Source: Patellaria atrata CBS 101060
Lineage: Eukaryota
Length of the DNA: 64,000 bases
Direction: 5' to 3'
Assembly (NCBI GenBank): GCA_010093705.1
Contig: MU006090.1
Span: 1,019,817-1,083,816, forward strand
Every line of letters starts with the position of its first letter. Within the stretch, counting starts at the first letter, position 1. This document shows, piece by piece, positions 27,112 to 39,469 of this stretch. The notes beneath the pieces are model-generated. The model worked only from the letters and a program-made list of their open reading frames with translations. It did not search any database and was not told the origin of the DNA. A program made the translations under genes and the position numbers.

Positions 27112-28398
27112 TCAGTGAAGGAGGCCGTGGCTGTTGGTATCAACAACGCTGTCCGACAGGTTAATGAGGAGTTGAGCGAGACAACGCTTCGTAGCTGCAT
27201 CATCGCGCAAGACGGAAGAGAAAGTGGCATCGCGTAGAGGCTCGGGAAGACACTGGCGAAGGGCCTCACGAGCACGGGCATTGTCGCTTAGACTACCAAT
27301 GTATTAGCATTTAGAGGATAGTGAGCGCGAGGGGATGAATCTTCAAACTTACCGAAGGAAGCAACGCACTACGTGCTTAAGGAGGCGCACTGTCTGTTGT
27401 TCGACCAGCTGGTTGACCATGTTGCTGAGAACGGTGCCAACAGCGTAGAACCGCTCGTAGGTTTGGCATATGTAAGCCAGACCGAGGTCGTCCAGGAGGA
27501 TCTTTTGCACAATAAAGATAGCAACTGTCTTGCTAAGTTCAGAACCGGTTTCCATGATACGAAGACATAGAGGAATGATTTCCGTTGTGAGAAGGAAGTT
27601 GATAACATCGGAAGAGTCATTCTTGACAAGCGCACCGATTACTCCAAGAGAGGTCAGGCGGAGGTACTCGAATGGCCTCGACTTAGAGGTGGTATTGAGG
27701 AACGGGTACAGGAAAAGAGGGATATGCGCTATGAAGAATTATGAGCAATGGGTTGCACGGATTCGAAGAGTATTCGGACCCACCATTCAGGAAAAGAGCC
27801 CGAGTCTCGTTGTGCGACGCGACACACTGGAGAAGAGCTAAAGCATTACACACTCTATTGGATGCGGCAGCGGTCAACTGAGAGGGATTAAGAAGTGGAT
27901 AGACAGAAATGATTTCCTGCAAAAGGGAGGCCATAACACCTACGTTTGTCTCGGTCAGCCCTAGTCTTTTGTCTCACAGTGGTCGAGTAACGTACCGAAC
28001 GAGTACCACAGTATGAGCGCGAGCTCAGGAACCTGCTCACGCTTCTTGCTCAACTCCAAAAGAGCAGTCTCCCTCGTTGCCGGTACCATCAATTGGCTAA
28101 TCCACTCCAGGACGCGACTGTTCTCGTCACTATTAGCTTGGTCGGGATTTCCCAGCCGCTGGCTGTGCTCCCCCGAAGGGATGCCTCCTATTGACGCCGC
28201 GTTTGAATTGTTGTTCGCAGCAATTTGGTTATAGTGTTGCTGTTGGGCTGCTGAAGCGGCCGCAGCGGCAGCTTGAGCCTGAGCTTGAAGTTGTTGCTGT
28301 TGTGCAGCATGGTGAGTATGCTGCGGTTGGTGCTGGCTCTGGGCCCAATTGGGGTATTGTTGATGGGAGTACAGATGAGGTTGCTGCGAAGGCAGCAT
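27112..28398 (-). CDS. CAF40: CCR4-NOT subunit Caf40/Rcd1 (CNOT9)
   Basis: Q/H-rich N-terminus; [61 protein letters not shown]; three introns; TGA at 27114-27112. Confidence 0.96.
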
Positions 28399-29430
28399 GA
28401 TATTGAGTTTTTACTGGCCCGATGCCAGCGAGTGCGATATATCGGTAAATAAAAAGAAGAGGGCGGGGTGATAGAGAAGAAGTAGAAGTAGAAGTAGAAG
28501 AAGGTGTCCAGGTAGAGTAGTTTAAAAGGTAGAATAAGGCAAACGGTCGAGTTCGAATAATAGAAGCTTCAAAGCTTGGACCTAACCCGCAGTAAAATTA
28601 GTGGGGTGACCAATTAAGGTAAGATTCAATTCGTTTTCAGTACACCTTACAAATACTCCAGTAAGGTAAGCACTGTAAGCTAAGGCTTGTCGTTAAGAAC
28701 GATGTCTTGGCAATACCACCCCCTTTCCCGCCAAGGTTGTCTAACGGTCTTTGGGCCTCCAGCTTTACCTTACCGTAACTTACTCACACATTTTCATACG
28801 AAATCTTGAAGAATCGAAAGGTATCATTCACTATCAAAAAAACATCTTGGTTCATTGAAGTTTAGCTGATGAGATCTGCTTATGTATTTGACCTTGGTGT
28901 ATAGAAATGTACGGAGACTGAGCGGAGACTGAACAGAACTCAGGGATAGAACTATGCCGGTATTTCTCCGGTACATATTCTGTACCTTACGGAGCACGCA
29001 ATAAGGTATGTTCTAAGGTAACATGATGAACTGTTCCGCTTACTGATCTACAAGGGGATGGAGCTATAGATTGTATGAATCGTTTACATAAAGTAGATCT
29101 AAATTCGTAGAGTTTCGAATCTGCGAATTTCTCTTGCTTCCGTCTGTATTTGTCTCCAGAACTAGCGCTTGAATTTGGTGGGTGGAGCAGCTGTGAGAAA
29201 TCGAACGACCTCATGCAATAAAATAACCGTAGCGTATGATACTGTAGCTTGGACAACCTTACAAACACCCCTCCCCCAATACCACAGCCACCGATTCACA
29301 CCCCTTCTTTTCTTCTCTTTCGACCTACATATGATAATTACAACAGTTTAATGTATAAAATCAGTCCCTCGTTATCAACTTATAGTTCCACTCGGGTCTA
29401 AGCATTCATTTGCCATCCACAGGATGCACC

Positions 29431-30534
29431 ATGGTATGACTCTCACATGTTCACTTACCTTGAGCATATACCTGCTCTGTTTCATGGGAAAGAGCAGCAT
29501 ATTCTTCTTCAATATTCATACCACTCCGTCGTCGTGGATGCTGGAACTAATGTTTAGCCTTAGGGTTGCTGTACATCTCGTCCTCGTTCTTCTAACTCCT
29601 CTCCATACAACAATACGACACCAAATAGTCCTATAATCGCAGGCGATTCTTCTCGTGCTAATATCACCTCTCATACTCAATCGCCTCCTCACTCCCAGTC
29701 TTTCGTTTCACATGCCACCCATACACTAGATACCCCGCGATCCTCTCACCACCTCCCCAGAGTTGGTGGGAATTTAGGGAGAGCCCCTAACGCACCTTTG
29801 CGCTTTCCAACTTATCAGAAGAAATGCGAAGCACCACATAAAGCTCATTGGACGCCAAGTCAGTTACGCAAAGAGAGGGAAGAATTTTTCGAGACGAGAG
29901 TGACAGGCCAAGCCGAAATATGGGGTGTTGTAAGACTCGTAGCAGAGCTAGTCCGAGCTAGAGATCTAGAGGAAGCGCAAGGCATTTTGGACGCCGCTGG
30001 TTGTACATGCCCAACTGGGGACATATGGAAAGGCGTATTCGACGAAAGAGGTCAGTTTTATCAAGTTCCGGAATGGATCGTTAGAGATCCCGATGGCATG
30101 CTTGAGGAAGTTGCGGAAGACAAGGATCTCCATGGTGACGCTACCGACGAAGATGAAGATGGTGATAAAGAACTCTTGGAACACAAGGAAGAAAAGGGCA
30201 AAGGCAGAGCGGTAGATGTGGGTGAAATAATGAAAGTCAGGGCCAGATTAAGTGACAGGGGCACAGACGTAATCGTCAAGATTGGTAAGGAGGAGAAACT
30301 ATCGGTGCTCATAAAAAGGGTTAAAGAAATCGCAGGGGTGGGTTTAACTTCTCATTAGACGTTCTGACCTCAAGAACTCGACATCTTTTCGTTCGGAACT
30401 AACTGTCGGTACACCAGCTTCCGCCGAAAACCAAGATCAAAATTGCCTATTTAGGCAAGATTCTTCATGAAAATGAATCTCTCTCAGCACAAGGCTGGCG
30501 CGAAGGTCACGTTCTCAACACCCTTATCTTCTAG
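29431..30534 (+). CDS. Ubiquitin domain-containing protein (UBTD1/2, DC-UbP family)
   Basis: ATG|intron 29434-29563|GCCTSR..; QLRKEREEFFETRVTGQAEIW, G.FDERGQFYQVPEW; C-terminal ubiquitin-like KIAYLGKILHENESL..QGWREGHVLN; TAG 30532-30534. Confidence 0.85.
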
Positions 30535-32027
30535 ACTCCGTCGTTCTCATTCCACTCTCCTTTTGATGATTGTATGTTTCTATTACGTATGGTCCAAGAT
30601 TCCTGTCTGTTTCCAAAGGTATTAATCTCATTAGCGAATCCTCCAGAGGCTAGAGGAGGAGTTGCTGTCTTATTATATATCTCCAATTGGGTAGTTTTTG
30701 GATGAAAGGAGGTTGGTCGGCGCTCCTAGGGCATCTTTTCTTGATCTGTATGTTATCTGAGGAATTGCATCTTCAACCATACATTCTATGATACCGTTGG
30801 ATGAGGGTTTTGTGCTATCTGTCGATTCTTCCCGGTTCAGATATTGAGAGCCCGGTTTTCGGTCCGCTTTAGTTTCTCTCCTTTCGCCTTCTTGACAGCT
30901 CAAATACAGTCAGGTTTAACATATCTGTACGAGGAGAGTGTAACTGGGGAATGTGGCATTTCTTTTCTACAAGCAGGGGCATGTTAGCAATATATGGTAG
31001 ACATGTTCAGTCTAAGAACATTATCTGCTAATCATAAGCAATACGCGAACATAATATCCAATCGCAGAATATAATCTGTATCCTAAATTGCTACTCAAGG
31101 TACACTGGATATGTGTCCGAGAGAGTTAAGCTCCATGACCCCTCGCTTGTCAACTTGGTTACATTTCGGCGAGTTACTAACGCCATAGTATAGAAGTTGA
31201 CAGTGTATATAGGTGTAGTAGGCCTCCTTGGTTAGAAGAGAAGGCGGTAAAGCTACTAAACATAGCTGAATATGGATTACTACTATGCAAAGCAATCCTA
31301 ACAGGATGAACACTGGATCTGGTGCACCACCCATATTGAATTGTCTTCTATATACTTTGGTATCAACCCAAATCGGGCCTCAGCATTCGGCCTTCCCCGA
31401 CATGTACCGTACTCTGTACATGTGGCTGTAAAAGGTCATCCCACCGCCCTATCGTTTTCCCGGTTGCGGGTTGATTGACGATGCCCATTGTACTCAATAG
31501 AGACACCGCTTCCCTATATCGATCTCGTATTGAAGAAACAATCGACATCGACAACAAAGCATGCATGTCTCACGAAGGCGCCCTTTCAAATGCTTTACTC
31601 AATCAACGCCCTATAGCTTATACCAGTTATTATCATTCAATCTTTTCTTCCCACTATTATCGACACGATGAGTCTCGTCCTACAAGTTAAAGACTGCAAT
31701 ACATCTTTCAGCTACTTGGCATGGCTTGCAGCTGAGATCTAGAAGACTGCCACCACGCCAGCTTCACGAATTCGTAGTGTACGATATTTTCTTAATCTTC
31801 GCCTGTCTTTCGTGTTAAGATTCTCGAGTCTCTCCCATAGCGCGAGGTGACTTTCTTTCTATGTGAGTCTCACGTCTTCAGTCATGTCTTTTTTCTTGCC
31901 CCTAGTCAGAACGCTTGCGTGATGATAAATTATACTGCCCAGAAACCTTTTACCAATTTAAAGGAATTAACCCTATAGCTTCAAATTTTATATAATATTC
32001 TGTTTACCAAGCAATTGGTCTTTGACC

Positions 32028-33757
32028 ATGGCGCCTGTCCCTGCAATAATACGAATGCCACTCTCAGCTCGTTCGATAGGTGACCATACAGATATCCTCG
32101 CCCGAGCCTCAGTACTATTCCCTCTCCTCTCTACTTTCTTCGTTGGTACTCGTCTATGGGTCCGCAAGAGACCAAATGTTGGCTTGCGGGGAGACGACAT
32201 TTGGATATGCATCTCCCTTGTAGGTGGCCCTGTACCAACTATCTCTTCAGTCGCCAAAACTAAAGCATGCAATAGCTTTTCTCATGGGCGTTCTTCGCCA
32301 TGTACTTTACAAGTGAGCCATGTAGTACCGTACATTATGACTTGCAGACCTCTAACGATTTGTTTATAGCTGCCGAATTCATTGACTCGCGAGCAATCGC
32401 AGAACTACCTCTTCCGGAAGTCCAAAACTTGATACGGGTATAGAGTTGAATCCTTTGATGTGAAATAGAAAAGATTGACTTACAATGTCCAGCGCTATCT
32501 CGTACAAGAGATGCTCTACTTTGCGGGCCTCACATCCGTCAAAATATCCATCATCCTTTTCTACCTCCGCTCCTTCGGTACGACGAAGAAGACGAGATGG
32601 CTGATAATGGCCATGATGATGTTCGTTGTCGCATATGCCATAGCGCGTATCTTCTCTACGTTATTCCAATGTAGGCCTTTTAGTTACTTCTGGGACCGCA
32701 CCCAGCCGGGGACTTGTGTAAATTATTATGCCTTGTTGTTCAGTCACACTATCATCAATATGGTGACTGATGTGGTCCTCTTGGCCTTTCCGATGCCAAT
32801 CGTCTGGCAACTGCATATACCCCTGAGGCAAAAGGTTGCCATATGTGGTGTTTTCTGTGTGGGAGGGTTGTAAGTATCTCGTCTTTCTTGTTTTCTTCTT
32901 CAATAGGTTTTTCGTAATCAGTACTTTCTTGTATGTAGGACATTACCTCCCAACATCCATTACAATATTTCGAACCGTCCCAAAAACTCCTTATTGCAAG
33001 TTAGCCTTCGGACAGGACTTGAAACGTCCACCCATTGATCTTCGCATTCCTCAGTCACCATGTCAATGTATCCAGTATTTCCTTAAATCACCACCGGCGT
33101 CATTACAGAAATGACTAACGAACCTTATCCCTCAGAGCCTGTACCAGCGCCATCGTCCGCATCTGGGTGATCCAAAAAATCTTCACCGAAGACGTCGGCT
33201 CTGTCCTCAGTGACGACGCGGCCCCCAAGCTCGTCCTCTGCGGCGCCCTCGAATTCAACATCGGCCTCATATCCTCCTGTCTCCCCACGCTCCGGACGTC
33301 CCTGAAACGCGCCTCCCGTCTCCTGAACTTCCGCGCCTCGCCAAAGGCGTCCCAAACCGCATCGACGCCGTCCCCACGGTTGACGCTCGACACGATCACG
33401 CAACCCGGGACCGTGACGCTGAACGCTGAAAACGGGGATAGGGACGATAGTATGGCTGTGGGGACCGAAATCGATAGGGTGGGGAAGGGGGAGAGTAGGG
33501 TCGAGATGGTTGAGACACCGAAGCTGATGACGATGGAGCGGAAGATACAGATGGCGAAGCTGAATACGAAAGTTACCATTCAGGGCGCCGGGGAACTAGA
33601 TCTGCTGGAGACGCCTATCACGCCTGGGGCTAGCACAGGTGCGGCACGGGATTGGGAGTATAAGACGCGGAAGCAGAGTGCGGCGCAAGATGCGCTTGAC
33701 GGGGTGAGGGAAGTAGATGAGGGAGATGAGAAAAGCACGGTCGCTGGGGGAAGGTAG
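32028..33757 (+). CDS. PTH11-like (fungal rhodopsin-domain) 7-TM receptor without CFEM
   Basis: GDDIWICISL, KISIILFYLRSF, FQCRPFSYFWD..GTC, TDVVLLAFPMPIVWQL, EFNIGLISSCLPTLR; four introns (the last ~265 nt). Confidence 0.88.
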
Positions 33758-34150
33758 GAGGATTGTGAGATGAATGAGCTTGTTTTCAGGTTCTAGATAC
33801 CGAACTCTTTAACAGCATTATGAGTAACGTGTATAATGAGTTTCATATTATGATGTACACAAGAGGATTCTAGTTTTGGGGTGTGTAAAGGAATACAACG
33901 AACATGAGCTCGGGAAAAGGATACATTGAGATAGGTTTGGTATCATGTTCTGAAATTATTGCGATACTGAAATTTACAATGCTATAATGATATTCGTATT
34001 AGCCTCAATGCAAATATCAATTGGTTGATTAGATTGTAGGTAGGCCGCGGGTCGAGCGCACTCCAGAAAATGGAAGGGAGGTCCCTTTACTCGTATCACT
34101 CTTTCCAAACACAATTTATGAACAAACAAATCCGAGACTCCTTTCACTCA

Positions 34151-34304
34151 GGGCCTGTGGCATAGTGGTGGGAAAACCCCACCACACCGAATCGGGCCAA
34201 ATACAACAACACGTCCTGGGTTCGATCCTTGGGCTCCGCGGGAGCCAGCAGATGTACCACCCCCTCTTCGGAGGGGATGGGAACTGTTTTGCTTGTTTTT
34301 TTTT
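34151..34304 (+). ncRNA. Candidate Pol III-transcribed, tRNA-related structured ncRNA (not a canonical tRNA)
   Basis: A-box TGGCATAGTGG (34158), B-box GGTTCGATCC (34219-34228), four predicted helices including a cUUCGg tetraloop, T9 run at 34296-34304; no D stem or acceptor stem can be formed. Confidence 0.6.
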
Positions 34305-34742
34305 AACTTGTTTTTTATTCTTAAGGGCCTTGATTGATTAAATATATCTTTCTCTCTTTTTTGAATATTGGTTGCTTGTTATCACTTTTGAGGTTTGTGT
34401 CACTTGTAATTTTGCAATTTATTAGGAAAAGTGAAATAAGTGCTGAAGTCAGACCTCAAAGGGATCTCTGCATATAGAAAAACATTGTCAAATAGATATA
34501 CTGGAAATCTCAATCAACAATATGCTTTCTGTGTGCTTATATCACTTGCTAAAAATACCTTATCCCATTAGTAGTAATATAACTTACCATTTTATTATAT
34601 AGCTACAACATAAAACCGTCGACTTACCATTCAAGGGGCATTTGGTGGCCGACACAGTGGGAAATTATCTCTAGAGAAAGAAAGAAGATTTACAAAAAGA
34701 TAGAGAGGTAGTGATCACATACCTACTCAATCATACGTCGCC

Positions 34743-35882
34743 CTACCACTCATATGGCAGACTCACACTCCTAACGTTGTACGGGCCGCGAGGGTTATAT
34801 GTACCACGCTTCTTCATGATATGGCCATCTATGCAGCTCGTACCAGGGGCCACAGGCTGGAAAACAACTTTCCCGAAGTTGCATAGACCCCATTGCTTTT
34901 CTCCGTTGCAAATGAGCGCGCCATCAGGGGAACACGATGTATTACCACTGGTTGGTGGTGCTACAACGGGTGCAGAAGGTGTAGGCGCGGACGGCACAGG
35001 CGCGGCAGGAATTGAAGTTGCAGGAGCAGACGGAGCGGGAGTTGAAGCTGCCGGAGCTGAAGCCGCTGGAGCCGAAACTACACGAGTAGACATTGCAGGA
35101 GCCGAAGCTGCTGGAGCAGAGGTCGCGGGCATAGAAGTAGCCGGTACCGAAGGGGTAGGATTCCCAGCTCCTGGTGTTTGCGATGGAGCAGGAGCCGAAG
35201 GGCTTTCGCCAGTGGGGGCACCACATCCGAGAAGATCAGTTCCTAGATTTTCGGAAACAACTGTTTCGACCGAGTCGCCCGGGTTAGGGAAGACGACGTT
35301 GACCATCTCTGGGGTCTTACATTGGGTAGAGGCTATGTTGGCAACGAACATGTCAGGAAGCCTGTCAAAAGCGGAGTTACCGGAGCAACCACCAGTTACC
35401 TTGACAGGGGCGCAGTTCATGTACATCTCGCGATTTCCGATCTTGTTGAACCATGTCCACGCTAAGGTGTACTCACCGTTCGGCATATCATCCGGAATCT
35501 TGAACGAGTAAGAAGGCTTACCACCGGGACATCCTCCAATGATTGAATGGATGACCTTGAACTTGGATGAAGCGGTAGGTTCCTTATCCAAGGATAGAGA
35601 GATTTGACAGCTACCTCCACCATGTGCAGCCCCGCCTGCTATTTCGAGAGTTTGGTCTGATCCAGCAAGCATGTCATTCATTGATGTTACGGTGTAGACA
35701 CCAGCACGTTGTTTGCAGGGGAAATTACCACCGGAAAGTGGGGAGGTATCGAGACTATCTTGTCCATACGGTACTGGCTTTGACATCTTCATATGAGCGT
35801 GGGCCGGCATACCAAGAAGAGATATAAGACCTAACCAGAGGAGTCCCTTACCAAGCATCTTGCTGTAGCTAAAACGCGTCAT
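34743..35882 (-). CDS. AA11 lytic polysaccharide monooxygenase with P/A/S/T linker and C-terminal Cys-rich module
   Basis: Signal peptide ending AHA then His1 (HMKMSKPVPYG); FPCK, AHGGGSCQISL, WFNKIGNREMYMNCA; C-terminal CSPDGALIC..WGLCNFG..VAPGTSC. The exact 3' end could be altered by an unrecognised intron. Confidence 0.92.
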   Translation of the reverse strand: MTRFSYSKMLGKGLLWLGLISLLGMPAHAHMKMSKPVPYGQDSLDTSPLSGGNFPCKQRAGVYTVTSMNDMLAGSDQTLEIAGGAAHGGGSCQISLSLDKEPTASSKFKVIHSIIGGCPGGKPSYSFKIPDDMPNGEYTLAWTWFNKIGNREMYMNCAPVKVTGGCSGNSAFDRLPDMFVANIASTQCKTPEMVNVVFPNPGDSVETVVSENLGTDLLGCGAPTGESPSAPAPSQTPGAGNPTPSVPATSMPATSAPAASAPAMSTRVVSAPAASAPAASTPAPSAPATSIPAAPVPSAPTPSAPVVAPPTSGNTSCSPDGALICNGEKQWGLCNFGKVVFQPVAPGTSCIDGHIMKKRGTYNPRGPYNVRSVSLPYEW

Positions 35883-36645
35883 TGCGGTGGATGTGTAGAT
35901 GGTATAAGAATTTGCGTTGATAATTGTGATAGCCTTGGGTATATTGGGGAGTAAAAAGTATTTCAAGTATGTGATGAAGAATCTACTTGGCAAGGGGGGT
36001 GGTGTATCTGTTAAATACTGTTGCTGGAAAGCATTGTTTTTTGCGAGACTCGACCATAACAACATGAAGCAATAAACAATGTAAAACTAGAAAGAAACAA
36101 AGACGGAACTAATGGCATTGTTACTTTTTGTTAGGCTTAACAGGATCATGTGTGGGATAACCGTCAGCGGAGCACATTCTACAAAGAATAATTGCACTGC
36201 GAGTAGGATCTTCATGATGGAGTATTGTGTTGTATTGGGAGAGGGACCTCGGGTATTAGCGTCATTGATCATCTTGTGCTTGTATAGCTTACAGCGTTCT
36301 ACTTTGTATGTTAATGGATGGGTTTGATGAGTAGAGGTTGTCAAACTTCGGATGACAAAGACGTGATCGTCAAAGTAAACTATCACGTGACTCCATATTG
36401 CCAAGACATGGTATGAGCTTCACGGTTTGAACTTCCTCAACGCGACTTGCGTGACTGTTTCCATCTCTATTAACACGCGCCGACATTGAAATTTGAGCGC
36501 GTGATAATTGTCGCTATTTCACAAATTTTCCAAACCTATCACATTTTTCTTTAATTAGCTCAGTCCTAGTCACTAGTTTTAGTGAATGTGAACAGCTTCA
36601 ACTTCGGCTTATAATTTCTTTATTACCTTCGATCCATCTAGCACT

Positions 36646-38488
36646 ATGGCGAGAAAAAACCCACCACAAGCCTTCATGTCGAGCTACGCGCCCCGTCTGC
36701 GTCTCTACCAGAATTCCTTACTTGCGCCGGTAATTCAACCGCAAAATGTCATTCCGCAAGCCAGAACAACAAAACGAGGGACTACTGCAATCAACTATGC
36801 GGAAGACGGGTATGACGATGATTTCGACGATAGTGAGGGCCCCAGGAGGCCGACTGGATTGAGAAGTCTGAGGCGCGATGACTCGCAAACCGGAAAGCCT
36901 GGAAAAGACAATGAACTGGGAAAGGAGCTTACTGCACCAATAGATGTTCAGGGCATATGGCGAGACTGGATGGGAAAGCCAAAAAGAGCACTGTTAGTTG
37001 ATCCTGCTACCCACAATAAGGCCCAACTGGATGACCCTATGGGACGATCCTATACGGCTGCTGATGTCTAATAGAACCGAGAGTCAACTTCAAATCCAAC
37101 CTGCCCTCCCATTAACGTTAATACCTATCCGCATAGATCTAAATATCCCCTCATTCCGACCTGAAGCACCACTTCCCACCCCCGCCAATGCGCGCGAATT
37201 TGGCATTAACGAGGATTTGACAGCCTACAAGCAACCTGAAGCTACGCCAGAATTCAGGCTGAAGGATGCTTTTCTGTGGAACCTACATGAGGCGCTACTT
37301 ACGCCCGATCAATTTGCGAAAACATTCGTCGATGAGCTAGACTTCCCTAACGATCGCAAGGTCGTACTTGTTATGGAAATAGCCAAGCAAATAAGGACAC
37401 AGTTAGAAGAATACGCTGGTGTTGCACTACATCCTTTTTTCGATCCAGATAATAACGCAGTGACCGATGGACCTGCTGCCAAACCAGCCGGTGCTGCACT
37501 TTCACGGGGTGAATCCTCCACCCCAATGCCCACCAACGGGCTAACACCTGCGCCGACGAACGGCACAAAAGAAGTTTCTCCTATGCCAGGGGTGAACAGC
37601 GTTACCGCGACTGCGGAACCCGCGGCACCGCACGATATCCTCAATCCAGACGATACCTACCGCTGCATCATCAACCTAACCATCAACCTTCAAAACCACC
37701 TCTACAACGATAAGTTCGAGTGGTCACTCCTTCACCCACCAGGGCTCGCAGAACACTTTGCTAAAGTAACTTGTGCGGATCTCGGTCTATCAGGCGAATG
37801 GGTCGTCGCAATGACACACGCCATCTACGAAGCCGTTCTACGCGCAAAAAAGGACGTTTTCGACCAGCAATCTCTGCTCCCCGGCTCAGGCGAGGTAGAT
37901 AACGACGCGGCTGAGGGTGCCGAGGCCGGCTGGCGCTACGAACCCGAGCACCTTGCTGACGAATGGGAGCCCAAGGTCGAGATATTGTCAAAGGAAGAAA
38001 TCGAAAAGCGCGAAGGCGACCGCGAACGACAGATCCGACGGATGCGTAGAGAAACAGCCAGATTCTCAAGCACGGCGAACATCGCACCGCAGAGCGACTA
38101 CTTCAACCAACAGGTCGCAGAGGAGCAACCGATGGGTCGGGGCGAAAGGAGTAAGAAGAAGAAGCGGTTCAGGAGTTTGAGCCCGAGTGGAAGGGATACT
38201 CCGGATACTGGGTTCGGGGGCCAGGGTGGCGGGTTGCAGGAGTGGGAGAGGCAGAATTGGAGATGTGCGCACTGTAAGGTTTGGGGCTCGGCGGTCTGGG
38301 CTGTGAGAGACGGACCGTCGGGGGCGAGAGTAAGTTGGGATTTATTGTTCTGGTTATGTGGAATTTGTGCTGACTTTTTGATGCAGACCCTTTGCAACAA
38401 CTGTGGACTTTTGTATGAGAGAGACAAGAAGTTACCGCCTTGGAACAAGGACCTTTACAGTCATGACCGTGCGTTTGGGACGAGGTAA
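36646..38488 (+). CDS. SFH1: RSC chromatin-remodelling subunit Sfh1 (SNF5 family) with C-terminal GATA-type zinc finger
   Basis: TTAINYAED; LIPIRIDL, KDAFLWNLHE..TPDQFA, DKFEWSL, KREGDRERQIRRMRRET; CAHC-x20-CNNC; two introns. Confidence 0.92.
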
Positions 38489-38911
38489 GTAGGACTTCCG
38501 GAACTCACGGTTATAATCATCGATCGCATCACTTTGGTATTCTAGCGAGGCGTCACGGAAGTGTACTTTTATACTGTACACTGGAAAGTGTAAAATCATC
38601 ATCGGGGCATGACGCTTATTCAATTACGATAGAGGTCGATTCAAGTTTGACTTTTTGTCGTATTATCTATCTAATGAATATGGTGTAGATGGTCATAAAT
38701 GGCAATCGCTGATATAATGAACAAAAGGCCAAATTCATGAATAGATAAAGATAATTGAGTCCGTTAACATGAGAATGGGTAAAGATGTCCGCCATGCAAT
38801 CATGTCAAATCATTCCGGCTCCCCATACAAATTTTTTTCCACCTCATCCATTTCCACAGCTTCATCACCAGTCAGTCATTTCTCCTAGCTGCATGGCGGT
38901 CGCAGAACACC

Positions 38912-39469
38912 TCATGCGCTCTTCCCTCCGCTTGCGCTCCCCTCAGCCTCGGGGCTCGCGCTCTTCTTCCTCTCCGGCGCTTCCTCGCTCTCCCCCTCGG
39001 CCTTCCTCTTCTTCCCTCCGGCCAAAGGCGCCACATCGACGCCCCGGCCCACCACATTCTTCTCGCCCACGACGCAGATGCCACAGTTCATCTCGACGAC
39101 GACATCGCCATCGTCCTCGAGACCGTTCCACTCGAGATTCTCGCGTCTCTCTCGTAAAGCTGCGACGAGCATGTCGGAGATCTTGGTGACGTCGAGGGGC
39201 GGGATGGCGATGAGGTTGTTGGAGCCGCGGATCGTGGTTGTCGCGTTGATGCGGACGGTTGTGGTGGGGACGAGCTCTTCCGAGGAGGAAGAGGGGGGTT
39301 GGGAGGAGTTTTGCGCGACTGCTGTTTGGTTGGTGCTTTGGGTCGGCATGTTTGCGGGCCGAGGTGCGGGTCTGTTTGCTATGCTTGATGCGTAGGATGG
39401 GGGAGGGTTGGATGCGGCAACGGTTGCGATGGGGCCTTTGACGGTAACGTATCTGAGGGAAGGATCCAT
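38912..39469 (-). CDS. Small hypothetical protein (185 aa), putative nuclear
   Basis: Intronless ORF from MDPSLRYV; two related beta-type motifs (VRINATTTIRGSNNLI; VEMNCGICVVGEKNVVG) and a KKRK NLS-like tail; coding-like base composition. Confidence 0.7.
   Translation of the reverse strand: MDPSLRYVTVKGPIATVAASNPPPSYASSIANRPAPRPANMPTQSTNQTAVAQNSSQPPSSSSEELVPTTTVRINATTTIRGSNNLIAIPPLDVTKISDMLVAALRERRENLEWNGLEDDGDVVVEMNCGICVVGEKNVVGRGVDVAPLAGGKKRKAEGESEEAPERKKSASPEAEGSASGGKSA

Noticed and set aside
34151..34240. Canonical tRNA gene
   Set aside because: No partner for the D-stem strand GCAT, the T stem is mostly G-U, and no 3' acceptor strand follows the T arm. Kept as an ncRNA candidate instead.
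34711..35511. 266-aa plus-strand ORF
   Set aside because: Antisense shadow of the AA11 LPMO linker and catalytic domain.
35883..36065. 61-aa N-terminal extension of the AA11 ORF
   Set aside because: The signal peptide and His1 geometry fit a start at 35882 or the next Met; the extension looks like 5' UTR.
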